A stretch of 64,000 bases of DNA from Chitinophagales bacterium (GCA_044227805.1 JBGAWA010000004.1:13161-77160), one strand, 5' to 3'; positions 48,627 through 58,643 are shown, numbered from the stretch's first letter. Notes: generated by a model from the letters alone, not told the origin. Translations and numbers: made by a program.

Positions 48627-50048
48627 TTACTTTCCTCTTCCCTGCAAAATTGTTCTTAAAGTGTAAAGCAAGACCCTGAAGTCAAGCATCAGCGACATAT
48701 TCTCAATATATAGCAGGTCATATTTCATTCTCGATATCATCTGATTCAGGTTTTCAGCATATCCAAATTTGACCATCCCAAGCGAGGTAATGCCGGGCTG
48801 TACACGAAGAAGATGCTTATAATCACTGGTCTGCTGCAGAATCTGATCAATATAATAACGGCGTTCAGGCCTTGGTCCTACGATACTCATCTCTCCTTTC
48901 AGCACATTAAAAAACTGCGGCAGTTCATCAAGTCTCCATTTACGCATGACCCTTCCCCATGGTGTGATGCGCGGATCTTCATGCGACGACAATAGCGGGC
49001 CATTCGTTTCCGCATCAGTAAACATGCTTCTGAACTTGTAGATCTTAAAAGGCTTGTTATAAATTCCTATGCGTTCCTGCGAGTAGATGATGCTGCCCGG
49101 AGAAGAGAGCTTTACCTTGATGGCCACAAAAAGATAAAGCGGCAGCAAAATGATAAGCAGCAGGATGGATATCACAATATCAATCATCCGTTTGATGATG
49201 CATTGCCATTCAGGCATCAGTTGCGGATAGATTTCAATAAAGGAGGCCCCTAACAGGTGATTCATGCGAACAGATCCGGCAAGAATATCATACATGTCAG
49301 GCACAATCTTGATGATCACATTTTTATCTGCCAGCTGATTAAGGATCTCTTTCAACTGGTGGTGCTCCGATGATTCTATAGCTACAATCACTTGTTTTAC
49401 AGAATGCGTTTTAATGATTTCTTCAAGACTGGCAAGCGCGCCAAGCCTTGGCAAGTGCGCACTCAGTCCGTTGCCGTTGCCATTCGTATCCACAAAACCA
49501 ATGAATCGGTAACCCTGTGATTTTGATTTCCCATTGATCTCTTGATAGATTTCTATCGCACGCTTGTTGCCACCAATGAAAAGTGTTGGAAAAAATACCT
49601 GCCCGTTGATCATCTGCCGCTTGCCTGCATTCAGCACTACCAATCTTCCCAGTATAGTCAGTACCAGGTGTATCATGAATAGAATAAAGACCGAACTGTA
49701 GTAATCACGATACCCCTGCACCTGATCGTCAATCAGCACACTGAAAAAAAGCAGGACAACGCCAGCCATGGTTACAAAAAGTGTCCGGGTCATTTCTCCA
49801 ACACGGCTCTTAAGATAGATGCTGGTATAGGTGCCGGTTACATAATACAAGATCAGCCACCCTATTGGAATAATGACAATGCCCTGGATAAATTTCGGGT
49901 CGTTTAAAAATTGCGGGAATTGGCTAAAAGGATAATGATCGATGTAAAGCTTACGAACAATAAAAAAGATAGCCCAGGAGAGCAATGCCATGGCGTAGTC
50001 AGTGGCTGCATAAGGCACAATTCCTTTTTTCTTTATCGTTTCTTTCAT
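48627..50048 (-). CDS. WbaP-like polyprenyl glycosylphosphotransferase (large initiating sugar transferase)
   Basis: 473 aa with N-terminal TM helices and a central CoA-binding-like region. The C-terminal sugar-transferase domain carries KFRSM, DELPQFFNVL and GEMSIVGPRP. Confidence 0.85.
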   Translation of the reverse strand: MKETIKKKGIVPYAATDYAMALLSWAIFFIVRKLYIDHYPFSQFPQFLNDPKFIQGIVIIPIGWLILYYVTGTYTSIYLKSRVGEMTRTLFVTMAGVVLLFFSVLIDDQVQGYRDYYSSVFILFMIHLVLTILGRLVVLNAGKRQMINGQVFFPTLFIGGNKRAIEIYQEINGKSKSQGYRFIGFVDTNGNGNGLSAHLPRLGALASLEEIIKTHSVKQVIVAIESSEHHQLKEILNQLADKNVIIKIVPDMYDILAGSVRMNHLLGASFIEIYPQLMPEWQCIIKRMIDIVISILLLIILLPLYLFVAIKVKLSSPGSIIYSQERIGIYNKPFKIYKFRSMFTDAETNGPLLSSHEDPRITPWGRVMRKWRLDELPQFFNVLKGEMSIVGPRPERRYYIDQILQQTSDYKHLLRVQPGITSLGMVKFGYAENLNQMISRMKYDLLYIENMSLMLDFRVLLYTLRTILQGRGK

Positions 50049-50054
50049 CCTGAC

Positions 50055-50912
50055 CTAATAATTAACCAGTTTAATATTGTCGAGATAAATATGTGAGCTC
50101 TCCTGCGCACCATTGAACACGGCCCTGATCTGTATTTGTATGGAACTTGCATCCATATCCAACACATCCTTGCCCATATTGAGATATATTTTGTTCCAGG
50201 TCTCTTTAGGATTGATGTTCCATTTGTATAAGGAAGTGTGCCCCAAACTGGTGGTGCCATATAATCCCACCTCAAAAGGCTGGTCGCACTTGTAATTCAG
50301 TTCCACATACACAGGGCTGCCTGTTGGCACAACAAAGGAGGTTGTCGTTCTTCCTTCATACAAACTGTGGCTGGCATCCAGATAGATATAACCGGAAAAA
50401 TTTCCTTCAAACACGGTTGTTGCCTCACTGGTACGAATAAGGCCGGTATCACCGGCGATCAGGCTGAAAAGATTGCCCGCTTCAAAATCTTCAATAAAAG
50501 AAAATTTGGTGGTGGAACGGTAGGCAAAATGAGGTGTGAGTTGATAAACTTTTGTGGCTTCCAGATCTAAGGTCAGCGTATCAGGATAGTAAAACGGGTA
50601 AATGACCCTTGTTGATGAAATGCCATTGTCAAAAATACCGGCACTGATCAACAGGTAGGTTGCTCCATCATTCAGGAGCGGAAATACTTTAGGGATTTCA
50701 TATACGCCCTGTGCGGAATTGTCTGCATCAATCCATACATCCGTAATCTTATGCGAAGCCGAACCTTGCCCTGTACCGGTGGTCAGTGTAACATTGTCTA
50801 TCTGCAGATAGGCCGGAATCTGTTCCGGCGGGTTAATCAGTTCACACGAAGGCGCTATGGCTGAGATAAGCCCAATAGACAAAATATACCAGGTGAGGGT
50901 AGAAATTCTCAA
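50055..50912 (-). CDS. lipoprotein of unknown function
   Basis: 285-aa ORF with lipobox AIAPSC, ending 6 nt upstream of the WbaP-like gene start. I recognise no family motif. Confidence 0.7.
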   Translation of the reverse strand: MRISTLTWYILSIGLISAIAPSCELINPPEQIPAYLQIDNVTLTTGTGQGSASHKITDVWIDADNSAQGVYEIPKVFPLLNDGATYLLISAGIFDNGISSTRVIYPFYYPDTLTLDLEATKVYQLTPHFAYRSTTKFSFIEDFEAGNLFSLIAGDTGLIRTSEATTVFEGNFSGYIYLDASHSLYEGRTTTSFVVPTGSPVYVELNYKCDQPFEVGLYGTTSLGHTSLYKWNINPKETWNKIYLNMGKDVLDMDASSIQIQIRAVFNGAQESSHIYLDNIKLVNY

Positions 50913-51030
50913 TTCAAATAGGTTAACGAATTATAAAGGCTGAACGATGCCATCCGATAGTTATTATCAATAGCTAAAAAAAGTTTTTCGCCATAAAAAG
51001 GCAGGAATAAGACCGGCATGGATTAACAAA

Positions 51031-52005
51031 TCAGGAGTTGGTCCGGTCAATTTTTTCTATAATCTGATAGGCAATGTTCATAGCGTTATAGCCATCAAGC
51101 AAGGTTACAGGTGGCTCCCTGTCAGCAGCTATTGCTTCATTAAACAGCTCCAGCTCCATCTTTATAGCGTTAATAGGCTTTACCTCAGGACGTTCAAAAT
51201 TTATCACTTTGGATTCTGTATCACCCGTATTCAATTCAATGGCAAAAGGGTTATCGCTGTCCCGCTTATCCGAAAGCCGGATGATCTCCGACTTCTTATC
51301 CAGGAAATCAACACTGATGTAACCATCTCTTTGAAACATGCGCATCTTTCGCATTTGTTTTAAGGATATCCTGCTGGCCGTAATATTAGCGACACAGCCG
51401 TTGTCAAATTCAATTCTTGCGTTGGCGATATCAGGTGTATTGGAGATGACGGCTACTCCGCTGGCGCTGATGCGCTTGACGGTAGCTTTCACCATGCTTA
51501 GTATAATATCGATATCATGAATCATCAGATCGAGTACAACCGGCACATCAGTTCCCCTCGGATTAAACTGTGCCAGACGGTGCGTCTCGATAAACATAGG
51601 GTTCAAAAAATATGACTTGATAGCGAGGAAGGCGGGGTTGAACCTTTCCACGTGACCAACCTGGGCCTTCACTCTCGCTTCCTCTGCCAGTTTGATAAGG
51701 TCATGCGCCTCCTGCAGCGTATTGGTCAGTGGCTTTTCTACAAATATGTGCTTCGACCGCTTGATAGCCTTCACAGCACATTCATAATGTGACAATGTAT
51801 TGGTTACAATGTCAACGGCATCTACCTGGTCAATTAAATCATCAAGATTTTCAAAACGCGTGGCACCAAATTCACGGGCTGCCTGTATCGCATTCTCGTC
51901 ATTGGGATCATAAAAACCTACCAGTTCAAAATCAGGTATCTCCCGAATGAGCTTCAGATGGATTTTTCCCAGATGACCGGTACCCAACACGCCAATCTTT
52001 ATCAT
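51031..52005 (-). CDS. Gfo/Idh/MocA-family NAD(P)-dependent oxidoreductase
   Basis: N-terminal Rossmann motif IGVLGTGHLG, followed by EKPL and GHVERFNP motifs. Confidence 0.85.
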   Translation of the reverse strand: MIKIGVLGTGHLGKIHLKLIREIPDFELVGFYDPNDENAIQAAREFGATRFENLDDLIDQVDAVDIVTNTLSHYECAVKAIKRSKHIFVEKPLTNTLQEAHDLIKLAEEARVKAQVGHVERFNPAFLAIKSYFLNPMFIETHRLAQFNPRGTDVPVVLDLMIHDIDIILSMVKATVKRISASGVAVISNTPDIANARIEFDNGCVANITASRISLKQMRKMRMFQRDGYISVDFLDKKSEIIRLSDKRDSDNPFAIELNTGDTESKVINFERPEVKPINAIKMELELFNEAIAADREPPVTLLDGYNAMNIAYQIIEKIDRTNS

Positions 52006-52062
52006 ACGCAGTAGAGGATTCTTAAAATCGGCGCAAAAATAAGTAAATGAAATGACGGATGG

Positions 52063-52222
52063 TTAAACCCGCATTTTGCAACGCAAAACAGCAAGAGCAT
52101 ACCCCGGTTTCGAGCGGCCTCTGCTGAATGATACCTTTCGAGTTCTGAATCAATGCAGCAAAACCTATGCATACCTTTCGCAACGAAACGGGATTAAATA
52201 TTTGAAAAACATTCGACAATCA
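52063..52222 (-). repeat. degenerate full-length copy K of the intergenic repeat
   Basis: The ends are recognisable: TTAAACCCGCATTTTGCAACGCAAAAC versus TTAAACCCACGTTTTGTGGTTCAAAAC of copy A, and CGCAACGAAACGGGATT versus CGCAGCGAAGCGGGATT. The middle is diverged but the overall length is similar. Confidence 0.45.
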
Positions 52223-52256
52223 AAGGGATGATGACGAAGCCATTTGCACTGATAAG

Positions 52257-52775
52257 ATGACATCGGTTTCAAATCCGCATTTAAACACAATGATTACCTT
52301 TATCCATCAAAAATCGGAACACATGATACAAGAACTCATTAATCAGCATGCCGGAGATATTGCCGGAATGTTAGGCACCAAATACGGCCTGGATAGTAAA
52401 CAAGCGGAAACCACCGCTTCCTCACTCACCCATGCAGTAGGTGGCTTTTTCTCCGATCAGCTTTCAACTGGCAAACTGGACCTCAGCCAGGTAACAGATC
52501 TCTTTAATAAAAACACGCCCAATGAGGGTAATGCCATCTTCTCACAATTGAGCGGACTCGTCTCGAAGACACTCAGTGCCAATCCGGATTTGTCGAAAGA
52601 TCTGATCTCCAAAATTTCTTCCGGAGGACTGAACGATATATTAGGTTTACTCCAAGGAGGCAAACTTGGCAACATTGACATTGGCACAATCACAAAAATT
52701 GCCGGTTCACTAACCGGCAAGGGCGGCATCAGCGATATGCTGGGAGGCCTTAGTGGTCTATTTGGAAAAAAATAG
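52257..52775 (+). CDS. hypothetical protein, G/L/S-rich C-terminus
   Basis: An ORF with coding-like composition. A more likely start is the ATG at 52323 (MIQELINQHAGDIAGMLG). I can assert no confident family. Confidence 0.55.
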   Translation: MTSVSNPHLNTMITFIHQKSEHMIQELINQHAGDIAGMLGTKYGLDSKQAETTASSLTHAVGGFFSDQLSTGKLDLSQVTDLFNKNTPNEGNAIFSQLSGLVSKTLSANPDLSKDLISKISSGGLNDILGLLQGGKLGNIDIGTITKIAGSLTGKGGISDMLGGLSGLFGKK

Positions 52776-52826
52776 CATTGCACCAGTATTTCAGTTTGCT
52801 TTAGCAGCGCATACCGTGCAATAAAG

Positions 52827-52850
52827 GCATCGGAAACCGATGCTTTGTGT
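52827..52850 (+). terminator. candidate rho-independent terminator
   Basis: GCATCGG-AAA-CCGATGC hairpin followed by TTTGTGT, a weak U-tract. Confidence 0.45.
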
Positions 52851-52906
52851 GAGCCAGTGGCGTATGAATGAAGCGTTTGATACCTTTTTATTTCACATTG
52901 GAGCTT

Positions 52907-54271
52907 ATGTTAACCACCAAAAAAATCGCTTTTCATACACTTGGATGCAAGCTGAATTATGCAGAATCATCCACTATTTCCAGACGGCTGGAGCAGGATG
53001 GATTTATCAGTGTGAAATTGAATGAATCACCGGATGTGGTAGTCATCAATACCTGTTCGGTTACAGAAAATGCTGATAAAGAATGCAGGCAGGTTGTCAG
53101 GAAAGCGCTGAAATACAGCCCAGCAGCACAAGTGGTTGTTATCGGCTGCTACGCGCAACTTAAGCCAGAAGCGATCGCCGGCATAGAAGGTGTTGACCTG
53201 GTGCTGGGCGCGAAAGAAAAATTCAGGCTGGCTGACTACCTGAAAGTGATCCCTGCAAAAAAAATGAACAATGAGCAGGGTGCTGTCCACTCCTGCGATG
53301 TAGCAGACGTTCGTTTTTTTGAGAGCAGCTATTCTATGGGAGAACGTACCCGTGCATTTCTCAAAGTGCAGGATGGCTGCAACTACAACTGTACCTTTTG
53401 TACCATTCCACTGGCACGCGGCGCAAGCCGGAGTGACAACATCGGCCATGTGACCGGGCAGGCAAAGCTACTTGCTGAACTGGGCATCAAAGAAATAGTG
53501 CTCACCGGAGTTAATTTAGGTGATTTTGGTATCCACGATCCTGTATCTGGAAATAGGCCTGAAACATTTTTTGACCTGGTGAAAGCGCTTGACCGGCAAT
53601 GTCGTATTGAACGGTTTCGGATTTCATCCATTGAACCTAATTTATTAAAGGATGAAATCATTGAACTGGTAGCGCAATCAAAACGCTTCATGCCGCATTT
53701 TCACCTGCCGCTTCAATCAGGATCAGATAATATTTTAAGAAGGATGAAGCGGCGTTATCTTACCGCTTTATATGCCGAACGTGTTGCTAAAATAAAATCA
53801 CTGATGCCACATTGCTGTATGGGTGTGGATGTCATCACAGGGTTTCCCGGTGAGACGGAAGAAGAATTCCGGAAGACATATCAATTCATCAGCGAACTCG
53901 ACATCAGTTATCTTCATGTCTTCACTTATTCAGAACGTGAGAATACGGAAGCAGCAGCCATGAATGGAAAAGTGCCAATGCAGGTCAGACAGGAAAGAAC
54001 CAACATGCTGCGCATTCTTTCGGAAAAAAAACGACAGGCATTTTACCGGCAGCATGAGGCAACAAAAAGAACTGTATTGTTTGAAAACCCTTCGAAGCCC
54101 GCCTGGCAGGAAGGATTCACCGATAACTATATTAAGGTGAAAGTGAACCAAACTGAAATGCTGGCTGGAGAAACAGCCATGGTATTTTTGAAAACAACAA
54201 AGGAAAATTGGGTGGAAGGAGAACTCCATCTTGAAAAGATATCGGCATCGGCACCATTAGTATTTATTTAA
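52907..54271 (+). CDS. mtaB: tRNA (N6-threonylcarbamoyladenosine37-C2)-methylthiotransferase MtaB (radical SAM MiaB-like)
   Basis: The N-terminal KKIAFHTLGCKLNYAESS (UPF0004 domain), the radical-SAM CNYNCTFCTIP cluster motif and a C-terminal TRAM-like region are present. The start is taken at the ATG at 52907. Confidence 0.85.
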   Translation: MLTTKKIAFHTLGCKLNYAESSTISRRLEQDGFISVKLNESPDVVVINTCSVTENADKECRQVVRKALKYSPAAQVVVIGCYAQLKPEAIAGIEGVDLVLGAKEKFRLADYLKVIPAKKMNNEQGAVHSCDVADVRFFESSYSMGERTRAFLKVQDGCNYNCTFCTIPLARGASRSDNIGHVTGQAKLLAELGIKEIVLTGVNLGDFGIHDPVSGNRPETFFDLVKALDRQCRIERFRISSIEPNLLKDEIIELVAQSKRFMPHFHLPLQSGSDNILRRMKRRYLTALYAERVAKIKSLMPHCCMGVDVITGFPGETEEEFRKTYQFISELDISYLHVFTYSERENTEAAAMNGKVPMQVRQERTNMLRILSEKKRQAFYRQHEATKRTVLFENPSKPAWQEGFTDNYIKVKVNQTEMLAGETAMVFLKTTKENWVEGELHLEKISASAPLVFI

Positions 54272-54331
54272 CACAGGTTTCTTGCATGATAAATACAGAC
54301 GTGCAACTTCAACAAGCTTATATATTCCGGT

Positions 54332-54493
54332 TTAGCCCGGATTTGTCAATATAAAAATCCCGCTTATCTACCACTTAGCGTTGCCAGGGATTCGTACATT
54401 TTTTTCAAAAAAATAAAAGGTTTCACCAATCCTTAGCAGCGTTACATCGGGGTTGCACCCGTTATTGTTTTGGGCTGAAAAATGCAGGTTTAA
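54332..54493 (+). repeat. full-length (162 nt) diverged copy E of the intergenic repeat
   Basis: Same length and module order as copy D. Both hairpin-2 arms have changed in sequence yet remain complementary. It begins 61 nt after the mtaB stop. Confidence 0.8.
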
Positions 54494-54709
54494 CTTGTCA
54501 CCGATCTGCCGTGAACACTTGCAGGGTGATGACGAACCTATATCATCAGCTATCGGCCGAGAACAAAAAAGTCTGCCCTGCCGGATAAAGTAATCATTGC
54601 ATTGAATGCCGCAGTTTCTTGAAGTTTATCATCTTTGCAACCAATACCCTATTTAATTCACCGTTTAAGCCAATCAATACACTAAAAGTTTTTCATTCAC
54701 TACCTGTTC

Positions 54710-55888
54710 ATGTACCCCAACTTAGGATATTTAGTCGAAGACCTGTTTAATACGAAGCTCAGCGGAGTATTCACCCTGCTGTATGCATTGCAAAGTTTCG
54801 GATTTATGATGGCCATGGCATTTTTAGCGGCTGCATGGACATTGTATCTTGAAGTAAAGCGGAAAGAAAATGAAAAATTATTACTGCCGCAGCCGCGTAA
54901 AGTGAAAACAGGAGAACCGGCCAGTGTATCGGATCTTGTGACCAATGGCATTACCGGGTTTATTATCGGATATAAGTTAATTGCCATCGCACTCGACCTT
55001 CGGGATTTTACGGACAACCCACAGGCTTTTATACTCTCCACAAGGGGAAACCTGTTAGGTGGTATTGCGGTAGGCGTGCTGTTGCTTTACCTGAAGTACC
55101 GCGAAAAAGAAAAAGAACGGTTGCCAAAACCAGAAGAAAAAACAATACAGGTGTGGCCCAGGCAAATGATTGGTGACATTACAATTGTAGCCGCCATCAG
55201 CGGATTGCTGGGTGCAAAAATTCTTGATAACCTCGAACACCTGGATGCCTTCTTCAAAGATCCTGTTGGTTCGATGCTTTCCTTTAGCGGACTTGCGTTT
55301 TATGGCGGGCTGATCTTCGGTGCTGCGGGTTGCTTATACTTTTGTTACCGCAACAAGTTACCCATGCTCCATATGTTGGATGCTGCCGCACCAGGCCTCA
55401 TGCTGGCTTATGGCGTTGGCAGAATAGGTTGCCAGGTAGCAGGTGACGGTGACTGGGGCATTGATAATCTGAGTGCAAAACCAGGCTGGTTCATTTTCCC
55501 TGACTGGGCATGGGCATATAACTATCCGAATAATGTAAACCAGGATGGCATACCCATTCCAGGTTGTGAAGGCAAGTATTGTTATATGCTTGCTAATCCT
55601 GTCTTTCCCACTCCACTCTATGAAATCACTGCGGCTCTGCTGATCTTTGGCGTGCTGTGGATGATCAGAAAAAAAATAAAAATACCGGGAACTTTGTTTT
55701 CGATCTACCTTATCCTCGGTGGGATTGAACGGTTTTTCATTGAAAAAATACGGGTTGATATTAAATATCATTTCGCAGGATTCACTGCTACACAGGCGCA
55801 ACTTATTGCCATCGGCATGATTGTTTTGGGTATTGCAGGGATCATTTTATTCCGAAGAAAATATTCCGCCTCTCCAACAGCTGTATAA
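54710..55888 (+). CDS. lgt: prolipoprotein diacylglyceryl transferase
   Basis: Polytopic membrane protein carrying the Bacteroidota-type Lgt motif GRIGCQVAGDGDWG and a C-terminal TPLYE. Confidence 0.8.
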   Translation: MYPNLGYLVEDLFNTKLSGVFTLLYALQSFGFMMAMAFLAAAWTLYLEVKRKENEKLLLPQPRKVKTGEPASVSDLVTNGITGFIIGYKLIAIALDLRDFTDNPQAFILSTRGNLLGGIAVGVLLLYLKYREKEKERLPKPEEKTIQVWPRQMIGDITIVAAISGLLGAKILDNLEHLDAFFKDPVGSMLSFSGLAFYGGLIFGAAGCLYFCYRNKLPMLHMLDAAAPGLMLAYGVGRIGCQVAGDGDWGIDNLSAKPGWFIFPDWAWAYNYPNNVNQDGIPIPGCEGKYCYMLANPVFPTPLYEITAALLIFGVLWMIRKKIKIPGTLFSIYLILGGIERFFIEKIRVDIKYHFAGFTATQAQLIAIGMIVLGIAGIILFRRKYSASPTAV

Positions 55889-55912
55889 TTAATCAGGCAA
55901 CCAGGTGATGCT

Positions 55913-56968
55913 ATGCCCATAACTTTCATGAACAGGCAATTTTTATGGTTGCTTTTGCTGTTTGTCTTTTTCTCTTGCGGGCAAAAACGTTATCTGTTAG
56001 AAACAAGTTTCAGTGATTGTCCTATACCGCCTCCACCGGATTACAGCAGTGAAGATGCCTGGGCTTCCCTGCCTTCCAAAAAAGATCCTGCTGACAGTGT
56101 ACCCGGAAAACATAAAAGCAACGGAGAAGCGGTATCCCTCACTGATGTTTTTTTTATTCATCCAACCATCTTCACCTACAAACCAACATCAGCCTACCAG
56201 TGGAATGGCGATGTACATGATAGGGCACTCAATAAAGCAACAGATGAGAGTACGATTCTTTACCAGGCCAGCGTCTTTAATGGTTCGTGCCGGGTTTTTG
56301 CTCCACGTTACCGGCAGGCACATATCTCCGCCTTCTATAAAGAGGAAGCCACGGATGGAAAAAAAGCGCTTGACATTGCCTATTCAGATGTTAGAGCTGC
56401 CTTTCTCTATTACCTTGCACACTATAATGATGGCAGGCCCATTATCATCGCTTCACACAGCCAGGGAACATTGCATGCAGAACATTTGCTGCAAGAATTT
56501 TTTAAGGATGACTCATTGAAAACCCGTCTGGTTGCGGCCTACCTGATCGGAATGCCCATCAATCCTGATTCACTGCGATTTCTCCCGCCCTGCACGGCGC
56601 CTGATGAAACAGGTTGCTACTGTACCTGGAATACTTTTGCCAGAGGTTATTATCCGGCTTACTACAACAATGGGTTGGCACATGCCATCTGCACCAATCC
56701 GCTTTCCTGGCAAACTGATTCAAGTTTTTGTGGAGCAAACTTAAATGAAGGTGGCATCTTAAGAAATTTCGAAAAAATTCACCCACACATCAGCAATGCA
56801 CAGGTACATGAAGGCATGCTATGGATCGACAAGCCTGATTTCCCAGGCAGCAAATTGCTGAATATTAAGATCTACCATGTTGTTGACTACAATCTTTTTT
56901 ATTTCAATATTCGCAGCAATGTGCAGCAACGGACTGAAGTGTTCCGGAAGAGACAGTCCTTACATTGA
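55913..56968 (+). CDS. DUF3089 domain-containing lipoprotein (alpha/beta-hydrolase-like)
   Basis: Lipobox FFSCGQ. DUF3089-type motifs: DVFFIHPT, FAPRYRQA and IIASHSQG (nucleophile-elbow-like). Confidence 0.75.
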   Translation: MPITFMNRQFLWLLLLFVFFSCGQKRYLLETSFSDCPIPPPPDYSSEDAWASLPSKKDPADSVPGKHKSNGEAVSLTDVFFIHPTIFTYKPTSAYQWNGDVHDRALNKATDESTILYQASVFNGSCRVFAPRYRQAHISAFYKEEATDGKKALDIAYSDVRAAFLYYLAHYNDGRPIIIASHSQGTLHAEHLLQEFFKDDSLKTRLVAAYLIGMPINPDSLRFLPPCTAPDETGCYCTWNTFARGYYPAYYNNGLAHAICTNPLSWQTDSSFCGANLNEGGILRNFEKIHPHISNAQVHEGMLWIDKPDFPGSKLLNIKIYHVVDYNLFYFNIRSNVQQRTEVFRKRQSLH

Positions 56969-57277
56969 AAGATATGCGGTGATTCCACCTTTTAGATTGT
57001 ACAGGTTATCAAAAGCCTGTTTTTCCTGCAGCCGCTGAATGGCGATATGACTGCGCAATCCAACCTTGCAATAGAAAATTACAGGCCGGTCTATGGCAAT
57101 TTTTTGAATATTCGACATCAGTTCATTCAATGGAATAAAATCACCACCGATATTTTCAGCTTCTCTTTCAGCAAACTCTCTAACATCAATCAACTGAAAA
57201 TTGTCTCCTTCCTGCATCAGCTGCTTCAATTCGTGTGGAAGAATTTCTTTAACAATTTCCTTATCAGGCAGAACCAA
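56960..57277 (-). CDS. single-domain rhodanese-like sulfurtransferase
   Basis: 105 aa with an LIDVRE motif and the active-site loop YCKVGLRS. It has a TTG start. It is co-oriented with thiH, 95 nt downstream of it. Its 3' end overlaps DUF3089 by 9 nt. Confidence 0.75.
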   Translation of the reverse strand: MVLPDKEIVKEILPHELKQLMQEGDNFQLIDVREFAEREAENIGGDFIPLNELMSNIQKIAIDRPVIFYCKVGLRSHIAIQRLQEKQAFDNLYNLKGGITAYLSM

Positions 57278-57371
57278 AGTATTGGAAGGTTATGTGATTT
57301 AATTTATGAACGTGGCGCACTTTCACTTTGCCGCTGTTGCCATGGCAATAATCGTAAAGACCGAGGGTGCG

Positions 57372-58514
57372 TCATGTCGAAAATGCGCGGTCCCAGTCTT
57401 TCCAGACCGGTTCATATCCATTTGATTTCAACATGGCGGCAACTTCAGCCGGTGAACGTTCATCCGCAATTTCAAACTGCTCCAGTGCCTGCAGCTTTCC
57501 GGCGTATCCTCCGGGATCCGTTCTGGAGCCAGCGCTGATAGCAGTGATGCCAAGTTTTACCGCATTATTGCGGAAGAGCGGCGACTCACGCGTTGAGAGT
57601 GACAACTCTGCATTTTCATTGAAAATGCGATAAGCGCAAATCAGCTGCACCAGTTGCCTGTCAGTGATCGGATGATTCGGTTGCTGGCAACCGACTGCCG
57701 GTCGCAACCTGGGAAATGAAATGGAATATTTGGTCATCCAGTAATGCTTCTCGAGATACTGAAGATGTAAAGCTGTAAAAAAAGAATCTACCCGCCAATC
57801 TTCGAGCCCCAGCAATACACCAAGTCCCATGCGGTGCACACCTGCTTTTCCCAGTCGGTCCGGTGTATGCAGCCGGTAGTTGAAATTGCTTTTTTTCCCC
57901 TTGGGATGATACAGTTTGTAATTTTTTTCACGGTAGGTTTCCTGGTAAACCAGTACCGTATTAACTCCTGCTTGGATCAATCGCTCATATTCCTGCTGCT
58001 CCAGTGGCTGCACTTCGAGCATGACGTTTGAAAAATACGGGCGAATCAATGTTATCATTCTTTCGAAGTAATCGGCACCCACCGCCAGGCTCGCTTCACC
58101 GCTCACCAGCAAAACATGATCATATCCATAACGCTTGATTACCGCGATTTCCCTGAGCAACTGTTCTTCATTCAAGGTGATGCGAGCAAGCTTATTGTCT
58201 AAGCTGAAGCCACAGTATGTGCAGATATTCTGACATTCATTAGACAGATACAGCGGAATGTACAACTGCATCACGTTACCAAACCTCTTTAAGGTCAGCC
58301 GGTGACTGCATTGGGCCATTTCTTCCAGCAGCATTCCAGCAGCAGGAGATACCAGCGCCATGAAATCTTCCGTCGTGCCCTTGCCTGCTCTGTGCAGTGC
58401 ATTTTCCACATCAGATCTTTTCGATGCATAGATGCGCTCAGCCACTTCATCCCATGAATACTGGTCGAAGACACTGCGGAATAAACTTGTAGTCGCTGCT
58501 ATTGCTGCTTCCAT
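57372..58514 (-). CDS. thiH: 2-iminoacetate synthase (tyrosine lyase) ThiH
   Basis: Radical-SAM motif CQNICTYCGF, a length of 380 aa, and position after thiG. Confidence 0.9.
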   Translation of the reverse strand: MEAAIAATTSLFRSVFDQYSWDEVAERIYASKRSDVENALHRAGKGTTEDFMALVSPAAGMLLEEMAQCSHRLTLKRFGNVMQLYIPLYLSNECQNICTYCGFSLDNKLARITLNEEQLLREIAVIKRYGYDHVLLVSGEASLAVGADYFERMITLIRPYFSNVMLEVQPLEQQEYERLIQAGVNTVLVYQETYREKNYKLYHPKGKKSNFNYRLHTPDRLGKAGVHRMGLGVLLGLEDWRVDSFFTALHLQYLEKHYWMTKYSISFPRLRPAVGCQQPNHPITDRQLVQLICAYRIFNENAELSLSTRESPLFRNNAVKLGITAISAGSRTDPGGYAGKLQALEQFEIADERSPAEVAAMLKSNGYEPVWKDWDRAFST

Positions 58515-58643
58515 TTCCAGGAATTAACGCTCATGAAAAACGAATGATTTCAATTTCAAAAAGCTTTGTCAGGATTTAATATTCAACTATTGTCAGCAGA
58601 TGCTGATCACTGCCATACCACTCACTGGCTTATCTGCTTTGCA

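Noticed and set aside
4733-54493. I considered whether the recurring hairpin repeats could be a CRISPR array or another regularly spaced array.
   Set aside because: The copies are kilobases apart, irregularly spaced, in both orientations and of three length classes. There are no cas genes. They are not a CRISPR array.
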